DNA from: Faecalibacillus sp.
GTDB lineage: Bacteria > Bacillota_I > Bacilli_A > RFN20 > CAG-826
Assembly (NCBI GenBank): GCA_963588175.1
Contig: CAVAGP010000002.1
Location: 51,515-115,514, forward strand
Direction of reading: 5' to 3'
Length of the DNA: 64,000 nt
Shown: piece after piece, positions 8,649 through 16,480 of the stretch
Numbering within the stretch: position 1 is the first letter of the stretch
Layout of the letters: each line of letters begins with the position of its first letter
Made by a program: the position numbers and the translations under genes
Notes under the pieces: model-generated
Told to the model about the DNA's origin: nothing
The model's database searches: none
The model's input: only the letters and a program-made list of their open reading frames with translations

Positions 8649-9047
8649 TCACTCCTTGCTATTGTCTTGTACAAACATAAAGTTAAGAATGCGCATCTCG
8701 GCGAGGCTCATCGGAATAGAGAACTCCGACAGCGGAATCTTTGTGATTGTAATTTCGTTTTCAATTTTTAAATATTCTTCAATTTTCGAAACTACATTTG
8801 TATACTCCTCTGCGAATTCACTCTTACACATCCAAGAACCATCTTCCGCTTTGAAGAATGCTTCCTTCTGCTGAAGGGGAGAGAGGAGCTTTTCTCGCTG
8901 TGAATCAAACCGAGATACGATAGTCTCCATTGCATCTATGTTTGCGTATAAATTCCAAGCCACCTGAGCAGGCAGCTTTACACTTTCATTGCAAATAAAA
9001 AGGAGGCCCTCATGGGCCTCCAAAATCTGTTTGGTTGTTAATGTCAT
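8649..9047 (-). CDS. Hypothetical tail-module protein
   Basis: 132-aa ORF. Its ATG overlaps the stop of the upstream giant tail gene (ATGA). No motif recognised. Confidence 0.45.
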   Translation of the reverse strand: MTLTTKQILEAHEGLLFICNESVKLPAQVAWNLYANIDAMETIVSRFDSQREKLLSPLQQKEAFFKAEDGSWMCKSEFAEEYTNVVSKIEEYLKIENEITITKIPLSEFSIPMSLAEMRILNFMFVQDNSKE

Positions 9048-12000
9048 ATAATCCTTTCTTTCAATTCAGAAACTGTTTTTTGCAGTTCTTCAATTTGTCT
9101 ATGCTGTTCCTGTATCAATGCTAACATCGGAGGGACGATATATCGTTCGGACCAGTTGACTATTTCACCTGAATCATAGTCAGCCGCAACAGGATATTTT
9201 TCTGCTACTTCCTCAGCGATCAATCCTATAACATTCTGATTATACCGATGGTCTTCTTCAGACAGATAGTCTTCATTAAATTTATACTGTCTCACTGGGA
9301 TATCGTACAACTTGTGAGGATCAAGAACTTCATCACAAACAGAAGTTATATCATGCTTAAATTTAGCCGACGAACCAGAAGTCTTACCAATTCGACCATT
9401 GCTATTTATAAACATATTAGGACTCGACGAGAATTCTGCTGTCTTACCGTTAGCATAATAATCGCAATAAAAATGTTCTGCATGAACAGTAGAACTCGTA
9501 GTTATTCTTTGAGACATGCTATCGAAATCAAATGGTCTCAAGTAACCATTTACTGTCATACCAAGTGCATTCGTAGATGTTGTTTTCTTACGACTACCAG
9601 AGTATTTCAATTCATTGACAATCTCAATATAACTATATGTAGTTCCATTATTTGCAGTATATTTTTTGCCGCGAGAAGCTACGATCTTGTCAGTATAAAC
9701 TCCGTATGCGTGTAGGTTGCCAGATGTCTTGAGACCAACGTTTTTACCACGTCCTGTTTTCAAATCATCAAATAAGAAGCCGTAATTATCATACTGAGAA
9801 CTTTCACCGTCGGTATCTGTCATTTCAGGATCAGAAGTTCCAGTCTGAGAAGTGTCATCGTCTGAATTCAAAGAAGATTCGCCATACGACGAATCGCGTA
9901 ATTCGCCTACATCTAAACGGAATCCTCCATAATTCATTGCCAGAGCATACTTAGTAGAATCGGAACTTCTTCCAAAAGTAAGAGAGTTATAAGCATGAAT
10001 GTCATTAGCAAAAATTTTGTCGGCAAGCAGTTCTGCAACTTCTACTTTCAAAGCGCTGATAGTTCCAGCCGTAATAGCCCCACCGTTGATCATAACACCA
10101 TCTTTGTCTACAGAAGACAACGAAGACATATATTCAAGATAATTATCTGAAGTTTCGCCTACAACTGGAATTACTCTTTCGATCAATGGTATGGAATAAG
10201 TGTCTGTATTGCTAGTATAAGAATTGTAACATACAATACGATAGGCTGACGCATTTAATGTTGCATCAAAAGTAACATCTACATAGTTGCGCGAACTCGT
10301 TGAGTGAGTTACTGTATTCCATGTATTGCCGCCATCGGTAGTATAATCTACACAAGCGTAACTAAATATTCTGGTTGTAGACCCGTTTGAAATATAACAC
10401 GGACGCAATGCTGATAATGTTGTGATATTATAGGCTCCGGCGCTATCTATAATGATACAAGAAGGGATTGCTTCTCCGCTGGAAGTCAATATATCAAACT
10501 GAGAATATTGCACTCCAGTAGAACGAGTGTAAACTGTGTATATCGCCTTACTACCTCCGCAGTACGTGTTCTCAGTACTCTTCTTCCACATATATGTACC
10601 CGTAGTAGGCTTTTCTTCAGACCATGTTGCAGTAGTCGTATAAGACGTATAGCTACTTGAAGAAGTATACAGAGGTACGGATGTAGAAATTACTTTATCA
10701 ACACTAACAACGGAATTCTTTGAAATAACAAGACCATTAGTCGTATCATACGTCATCGTGCCATTGCCAACATTCAAACTGCTAGATGCAATAGCTCCCG
10801 AAACGGAAACATTACCAGAACTATCTACAGTAAAATTCTTTGTTCGAATCTCTCCGGTCGTTAAGAATATCTTTGTTCCGGCAGTGGCTTTATTATTAGA
10901 TTCAGCATAATTGTCAGATTGAATATAATCTCCGATAAACTTATGAGACGTGATCTCACTAGCAACTATCTTGTCCGCCGTAATTGTCTTAGCTGCAATC
11001 TTATTGCCTGTAATTGTATTACCAGAGATTTTATCTCCAGTAATTGTATTAGCTGCAATCTGGTTTGCAGTAATAGAGCCAGTATAAATCTTTGCACCAT
11101 CTATCAGAGTGGTATCATTGTCAGAACACCATTGCGCCTGTAATGCGTCTGCGTCAAGAATAACAGAGACTGTAACTCTTGCCAAAGGTACGCTATTGGA
11201 TGTATCAGTAGATGCGTATAATGTAGCAACAATGCTTTCAAGCTCCGTAGTAGAGCTACTAGATTTAATAGCAGGGGAGACAGAGACAGACGATTTTGTA
11301 TAAGTCGTACTGTCAGTGTAAGAACCATATTTACACTGCACTAAAATCCTACCAGTATATGCTGAGCGAGCAGCGTCGCCCTTCTGCAAATAAGAAGTGA
11401 ATGTAATACTGCTCGGAGAATAAGCCGTGTGCGAAATGTTTTTTGACACGCTAGAAGCGGATGCAAGTACGGAATAAACAGTAGCATCAGTACCCGCGTC
11501 GCCCGGATCACCTTTATCACCTTTGTCGCCTTTATCTCCTTTTTCTCCGGGGGTTCCCGGAGTAGCTGTAGACACAACGCTACAATCGGATATGGCTGAA
11601 GAACCATCTGAATATGTAGTCAAAGTTCTTTGCCATAAATATTCTCCGGTTTCTAATGTCGGTGATTCAGTCGTCCATTCAGCCGGTTCGTCATCTATAG
11701 ATTTCGATTTACCGTACTGAATAACAACACTTACAACACTCTTAGATGTTCCAGAGCTATTTTTAAATTGGGCCGTACCGTCAATAATTAATTGTCCGCT
11801 AGAGTCTAAATATAATAAATCCGTACACGAACCATCAGATTCTTTTCGACGCACTTTGAACAGCGGAATATCATTAGAGGTTTTGCCAGTAATAACCAAA
11901 CCGTTGCTGTCAATAGAGACCGAACTGTCCGGCGTGTAGAACTTAGCCTCTTCACCAAGAATAGAAGTGCCGATAATTTTCTTTGCGATAATACCGTAAT

Positions 12001-14677
12001 CTTCTATAGTGTCGCCAGTCTCAGGGTCAATATAATTTATCTTGCCTAATGCTGTTCCAATTGTTTTCCAATTATCTGAAGTAATAGCAATTGTGCTATT
12101 AATAATCTTCATCTGTTCATTCGCATAATCCTCAGTCACAGGATCATACTTACGGAACAACATACCATTCTCCGTCCAAACTTGATCTTGGTTTGTCGCA
12201 TTGTTCATAATGTTCAGATTGGCAGCATCAAGACCGCGCTCGACCCAATGGTCTACAGACTTCGTAGTGTCTTCCGCCGTAGATGCCTGCCGCTGAACAG
12301 TGCTGTAAGAACTGCTCATAGAGCTGGCTTGAGAAATAACACTCTCTAAATCAGACAATCCATTTACAGTATTTTTTACGTCAGAAAATTCTACATTTAA
12401 TGTAGTTAAATCATCAAAAGATAAATCATATTGAATTAATCGAAGCTTATAAACCTTGCCGTCAATACGAATACGAATCCAGTTTCCGAGTTCAAATGAA
12501 TCAAGTAACGGTTCGAATTCTTTCATGACAAGCAGGTTATTCAAAGTGCTTGAAATGGAATGCTGCAAATTAGCGCTCTTATAGATTTCCTTTTGCGCAG
12601 TCTCAAAAAACTCCATTGCTCGCGCTACAATCTGAGCGTTCGTCAGAGCATCTGAAACATAATTATCGTTGCTGTATGAGCTGTCTCTGCGATACGAACA
12701 GAACTCAGTCCAATAATCTCCAATATATTTCTTGAAATTTAATTTATCATAAATATCATTTTGCAGCTTGGTTACGGCTTGCATAGTATCTGAGATAGTG
12801 CCAGATTCAAATGTTCCATCGTCGTGTTGAATACCAATCTCATCCGCGCGAACCTTCATTTCTTTTGAAATAGCTCGTTCTTTATTATAGTAGGGGAGAT
12901 AGTATGACTGATATAATTCATGCTTCGGATCGCCATAACCAGCTTCCTGCATGATGCTTAACACATCTTCTGCACACTGATAAAACATGTTCAGACTGTC
13001 ATAGCAATACTTATGCAATTCATCAACAAATGCACCGGAATAAGTGTCGTCTGAAACCGTTATATCCTTTTTGAACAACCCGGTAATACTAACGTCTTTT
13101 GTATTCTCATCATTCAACGCAAGTTCAATTTTCTGCTTAATGTAATTCTCATAATCGTCATTGATATAAATAGGAGAACTTTCCGAAATTGTGATCGTTG
13201 AATACGCCACACCTTCGGTATAGTTCTCTTCGTCACCTTCGGGAATATATGAGTTTTTTACTGTCAGCTTACCGGACCAAGCATGAGTAGAAGAGTCATA
13301 CTTATATTCAGATGCTGTTACATCATACCGAAAATCAACAATGGTTTTTGCCTTTGAGATAACAGCTTTTTTCGCAGCAGCCGTTGTTACAGATTCTAAA
13401 TCTGCAACTGCAACCGGAGACAGGGAAGAGGATGATAACTTTGCTGCTTCTTTCGCGGCGGTCGTATCGTTCAGTGTTGCGCTCGGCATTAACTCCGATT
13501 TTAGATAATAATAAAAATCTACTGTGTTATAATACGCCAACGTTAAATTGCTGAATCCTTTAACGCTTGTATCAATTGTTTCAATCTTAGACTCTGTGTC
13601 AATCTGTTTATATTTTTGTACGAGCGTATTGTAGGTGCTGATATCTAAGCTCATCTGATAATCTTCGTTGTAGTACTTATATTGTTCATCATAAGATGAG
13701 AGCTTTTCTTGTAATCCGGAAGACATATCATCTCTGGTCTCCTGCGGGATGTGCCACAAATAATCAGAACCATTCGGATTACAACTGCGGATTGCCGCAG
13801 TCATAACGTCGTCGCCAGCAACTAAGTTGAAACAGTTCTTTACATTATCAATATCTGTTGTGTACGTAATATCTTGTGCCAAGTTTTCTTTTGCAACAAA
13901 AATAGTGGAGTCGTTTCCGTAACCATGAGAAATATTTGTACTTCCGCATTTCGGACAGGTCAGCATATTCTCTTCACGATAACGATAACCCTTTTGCACG
14001 TAATAACTGCATGAATCGTTATGACAGTAATTTTCTAAATCATATACGGAAATGTCACGGTGAATCTTTCCGTCATCTCCGGTGTAAACATCTGTCACAA
14101 AGATGCAGTTCAGTTCTTCTGCAATATCATTAAAAGCATCCCACATGCTCTCATCGTCAAATTCAAACTGACGATACAGTTTTGCTATGCTTGTATCTAC
14201 ATGAGCATAAGTATAATGGGGGATCTTCTCACTGATACGATGCAGTAGAGAGCCTTTAGTGTCTTCTGCGTTCCATAAACAAGTGGGAACATAATCATCC
14301 AAAGCAATATCGTCGTCTGTGTTAATCTGTATATTATACAAATTAATCTGAGACAATTCAGCGTGCCCAACATCCGTGCCTGTAATGTTTTTTACCGTGC
14401 CGGATTCTTCGGATACTTCTACATAAATCTCAAACCATTGGTTCCAGTCTTTCAACCAAACAAAACGGAGATCTTTAATGTCATCCCAATATGGATATTC
14501 TTCTCCATTATTATATTTGCTGACTTGGAATGAAATAGAATAACCGTCCGTCATTGAACCAGTGATGTTATAATTGTAATAGGGGAGTGCGCCAACTAGT
14601 GCTCCGGACCGATGACCGAGAACCAGCGTAGGCTGAATCGGGTTATGATTTACATTGAATCTAATTTTCTTTGCCAA
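9044..14677 (-). CDS. Giant tail-tip/tail-fibre protein (Tal-like N-terminus, collagen-like segment, C-terminal S74 intramolecular-chaperone domain)
   Basis: 1877 aa, directly after Dit. It has a Cys4 ribbon (CHNDSCSY...CPKCGS) and a Gly-X-Y run GEKGDKGDKGDKGDPGDAG (about 11497..11555). The C-terminus KFKHDITSV...IGLIAEEVAEKYPVAADYD...NWSERYIVPPMLALIQEQHRQIEELQ matches the endosialidase-type autocleaving chaperone (Peptidase_S74) pattern. Confidence 0.8.
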   Translation of the reverse strand: MAKKIRFNVNHNPIQPTLVLGHRSGALVGALPYYNYNITGSMTDGYSISFQVSKYNNGEEYPYWDDIKDLRFVWLKDWNQWFEIYVEVSEESGTVKNITGTDVGHAELSQINLYNIQINTDDDIALDDYVPTCLWNAEDTKGSLLHRISEKIPHYTYAHVDTSIAKLYRQFEFDDESMWDAFNDIAEELNCIFVTDVYTGDDGKIHRDISVYDLENYCHNDSCSYYVQKGYRYREENMLTCPKCGSTNISHGYGNDSTIFVAKENLAQDITYTTDIDNVKNCFNLVAGDDVMTAAIRSCNPNGSDYLWHIPQETRDDMSSGLQEKLSSYDEQYKYYNEDYQMSLDISTYNTLVQKYKQIDTESKIETIDTSVKGFSNLTLAYYNTVDFYYYLKSELMPSATLNDTTAAKEAAKLSSSSLSPVAVADLESVTTAAAKKAVISKAKTIVDFRYDVTASEYKYDSSTHAWSGKLTVKNSYIPEGDEENYTEGVAYSTITISESSPIYINDDYENYIKQKIELALNDENTKDVSITGLFKKDITVSDDTYSGAFVDELHKYCYDSLNMFYQCAEDVLSIMQEAGYGDPKHELYQSYYLPYYNKERAISKEMKVRADEIGIQHDDGTFESGTISDTMQAVTKLQNDIYDKLNFKKYIGDYWTEFCSYRRDSSYSNDNYVSDALTNAQIVARAMEFFETAQKEIYKSANLQHSISSTLNNLLVMKEFEPLLDSFELGNWIRIRIDGKVYKLRLIQYDLSFDDLTTLNVEFSDVKNTVNGLSDLESVISQASSMSSSYSTVQRQASTAEDTTKSVDHWVERGLDAANLNIMNNATNQDQVWTENGMLFRKYDPVTEDYANEQMKIINSTIAITSDNWKTIGTALGKINYIDPETGDTIEDYGIIAKKIIGTSILGEEAKFYTPDSSVSIDSNGLVITGKTSNDIPLFKVRRKESDGSCTDLLYLDSSGQLIIDGTAQFKNSSGTSKSVVSVVIQYGKSKSIDDEPAEWTTESPTLETGEYLWQRTLTTYSDGSSAISDCSVVSTATPGTPGEKGDKGDKGDKGDPGDAGTDATVYSVLASASSVSKNISHTAYSPSSITFTSYLQKGDAARSAYTGRILVQCKYGSYTDSTTYTKSSVSVSPAIKSSSSTTELESIVATLYASTDTSNSVPLARVTVSVILDADALQAQWCSDNDTTLIDGAKIYTGSITANQIAANTITGDKISGNTITGNKIAAKTITADKIVASEITSHKFIGDYIQSDNYAESNNKATAGTKIFLTTGEIRTKNFTVDSSGNVSVSGAIASSSLNVGNGTMTYDTTNGLVISKNSVVSVDKVISTSVPLYTSSSSYTSYTTTATWSEEKPTTGTYMWKKSTENTYCGGSKAIYTVYTRSTGVQYSQFDILTSSGEAIPSCIIIDSAGAYNITTLSALRPCYISNGSTTRIFSYACVDYTTDGGNTWNTVTHSTSSRNYVDVTFDATLNASAYRIVCYNSYTSNTDTYSIPLIERVIPVVGETSDNYLEYMSSLSSVDKDGVMINGGAITAGTISALKVEVAELLADKIFANDIHAYNSLTFGRSSDSTKYALAMNYGGFRLDVGELRDSSYGESSLNSDDDTSQTGTSDPEMTDTDGESSQYDNYGFLFDDLKTGRGKNVGLKTSGNLHAYGVYTDKIVASRGKKYTANNGTTYSYIEIVNELKYSGSRKKTTSTNALGMTVNGYLRPFDFDSMSQRITTSSTVHAEHFYCDYYANGKTAEFSSSPNMFINSNGRIGKTSGSSAKFKHDITSVCDEVLDPHKLYDIPVRQYKFNEDYLSEEDHRYNQNVIGLIAEEVAEKYPVAADYDSGEIVNWSERYIVPPMLALIQEQHRQIEELQKTVSELKERII

Positions 14678-14689
14678 TTGCGCACCTCC

Positions 14690-15496
14690 TTAAACTCCAC
14701 TTTTAATTGACGGTTTATACGATATCTCGATTGTACAAGGCAACGAACAAGTGAATTTTGTTTTTGTATCGCTGTATGTATTCTGTAGCGCAAAGAACTC
14801 AAAATTAAAATTGCTCGGAATATCATGAGACGAATTCGAAGATGAGATAATCATTTCCTTACCTTTGATTGTAATAACCTCGTTAGCTGTGCAGCCTTTA
14901 ATTATCGTATTGTATCCTGTAGTTTGATTTGCTATAGTTAAATCGCCAGCGCTTTTAATTGTGATTTTCATGTCGGGATAAGTACATCCAATTACATCAG
15001 AGACATCTTCCATCTCATTGACAGTAGACGAACTACTGATGATAAATGTTTTAGACACCGTAGCTCTGTGTGTGTGAGGGGAGTCAGTAGTCATAGTTAA
15101 ATCCAAACCGACAAGCCGTCCGCCGACACGATTCTTTTCAACATTAAAACTGGCATTATAATATGCAACTTCGCTTTGATTTGGAAAAGAAAAGCCGCAC
15201 TCTAAAAATTGTTCTCTATTTAACCAACGCATAATGCGTCTATATTCTAAATCTGTAATTTCTAAATTATCATTCTTGCAGGGATTTTTTACAATTGTAA
15301 ATGTCGCAGAGAGGGCCGTTTCATATTTCGTATCTGTTAACATCCAGTATTTCCCGGAATGAGTAGATACCGTGTCAAACGAAATAGTAGATTCGTCGCT
15401 CATAGTAAATGAACCATCAGATGAATCAATAGAACCAATAACAAAACCAAAATCACTTAGTAGTTGTCCGTCGTACATCATATCAAAAGTATCCAT
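14690..15496 (-). CDS. Distal tail protein (Dit-like)
   Basis: 268 aa. Lies in the conserved position between TMP and the Tal-like protein. No catalytic motif; call is by synteny and size. Confidence 0.55.
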   Translation of the reverse strand: MDTFDMMYDGQLLSDFGFVIGSIDSSDGSFTMSDESTISFDTVSTHSGKYWMLTDTKYETALSATFTIVKNPCKNDNLEITDLEYRRIMRWLNREQFLECGFSFPNQSEVAYYNASFNVEKNRVGGRLVGLDLTMTTDSPHTHRATVSKTFIISSSSTVNEMEDVSDVIGCTYPDMKITIKSAGDLTIANQTTGYNTIIKGCTANEVITIKGKEMIISSSNSSHDIPSNFNFEFFALQNTYSDTKTKFTCSLPCTIEISYKPSIKSGV

Positions 15497-15810
15497 TACG
15501 ACTGACCTCCCATAAAGTCTTTTCTAAATTGGTTCATATCTTTATTGTATTTTGCTTTTAATACAGCAAGTTCCTTGCTCATTTGCTCGTATTTCTTTTT
15601 AGCTTCTTTAGATAGTAAAATACCTTCTTCATAATCTGCTTTTAATCTGTTTACAATTTCCTCTACTCGTGATTCTTCACGGTCGTCCAAACGACGACGT
15701 ATCTCTCTATTCTCTTTTTCCAACTCTTGAATTCGCTCTTCAGCAAACACCAAAGACGAATTGAGCTGTTCTATTTTCGAGCGTAATGCTCGTTCTTTAA
15801 ATCCGGTCAT
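15496..15810 (-). CDS. Coiled-coil hypothetical protein
   Basis: 104 aa, strongly heptad-like and charged (EERIQELEKENREIRRRLDDREESRVEEIVNRLK). AAGGTGGA SD; stop overlaps the Dit start. Confidence 0.45.
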   Translation of the reverse strand: MTGFKERALRSKIEQLNSSLVFAEERIQELEKENREIRRRLDDREESRVEEIVNRLKADYEEGILLSKEAKKKYEQMSKELAVLKAKYNKDMNQFRKDFMGGQS

Positions 15811-15827
15811 TCAGTTCCACCTTTTGT

Positions 15828-15861
15828 TCAAAACAAAAGAGAGGAGCTAACGCTCCTCTCT
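15828..15861 (-). terminator. Intrinsic terminator (minus strand)
   Basis: AGAGAGGAGC-gtta-GCTCCTCTCT followed by UUUUGUUUUG on the minus strand. Confidence 0.6.
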
Positions 15862-15883
15862 AAACGGGTCGGTGTCTAATTTT

Positions 15884-15961
15884 GTAAAACAAAAGATGCC
15901 TGATACTCCCTACATGTGAACTCCGCGTAGGCACGCAGAGCTTCGGGAATATGGAGGCATC
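15884..15961 (-). terminator. Long interrupted hairpin plus U-tract (second minus-strand terminator or structured RNA 3' end)
   Basis: Nested helices GAUGCCU/AGGCAUC, AUAUUCCC/GGGAGUAU and CUCUGCGU/ACGCGGAG (loop GCCU), followed by UUUUGUUUU. Confidence 0.45.
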
Positions 15962-15982
15962 AAATGTTCATCTAAAAAATAC

Positions 15983-16011
15983 TTGACTTTTTAACGAGTA
16001 TCCTTTAGAAT
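15983..16011 (+). promoter_or_regulatory. Promoter of type I toxin-like mRNA, copy A
   Basis: TTGACT (15983..15988), 17 nt, TAGAAT (16006..16011). Predicted +1 at G16019. Confidence 0.6.
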
Positions 16012-16162
16012 AACAATTGTAGAAACCAAACTGGTCTGTATCGAATTTCAGCCTTTATAGATCAGAACGGTTAAAAGACGGTTGCTTCTTATCTCGCACG
16101 AGCGGAATGGAGGCGTGTATATTGCTCCTCGCGGGAAATACTCTCGAAGGGAGGAAGATTAC

Positions 16163-16282
16163 ATAAACATTTTGAATATTCTCTTTGTAACGGTTATTAT
16201 GAATCTCGATAAGATTTGTAATGTAATCATGTTCGTGCTTTATATGCACGACCGATACCATGCTAAGAAGAATAAAGAGTGA
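16163..16282 (+). CDS. Small hydrophobic peptide (type I toxin candidate, copy A; start codon position is ATA)
   Basis: GGGAGG SD (16149..16154). The codon 8 nt downstream, where copy B has ATG, is ATA. Reading from there gives (M)NILNILFVTVIMNLDKICNVIMFVLYMHDRYHAKKNKE. In-frame TTG at 16172 and ATG at 16199 lack an SD. Confidence 0.35.
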   Translation: MNILNILFVTVIMNLDKICNVIMFVLYMHDRYHAKKNKE

Positions 16283-16382
16283 GCCGTCTGCTGCAACAGA
16301 ATGGCTCACTAAGTCGTATGAAAATTCACACTTCATACAATTTAAGTAAACTATGATTTGGTAGCAACCGTCTGGTTTCTAC
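16268..16382 (-). ncRNA. Antisense RNA (type I antitoxin candidate), copy A
   Basis: Promoter TTGACT (16417..16412), 17 nt, TATAAT (16394..16389), +1 about G16382. Terminator GUGAGCC...GGCUCAC (16309..16279) followed by UCUUUAUUCUUCUU. Fully complementary to the last 5 codons and the 3' UTR of the toxin mRNA. Confidence 0.55.
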
Positions 16383-16480
16383 ATTTTTATTATATATTTT
16401 TTCACCCAATAAGTCAAGTAAAAATTAGAAAAAGTGCGTACTTTTTGAAATAAAAGTACGCACTTTTCTTACATGTTTCG

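Larger units (their letters stand above)
16019..16392 (+). other. Type I toxin-like mRNA, copy A (structured 5' UTR, small ORF, terminator)
   Basis: The 5' end GUAGAAACCA (16019..16028) is perfectly complementary to UGGUUUCUAC (16373..16382). GACGGUUGC (16077..16085) is complementary to GCAACCGUC (16364..16372). 3' hairpin 16361..16382 followed by AUUUUUAUUAU. About 85% identical to copy B over the 5' UTR block 16075..16160. Confidence 0.55.
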
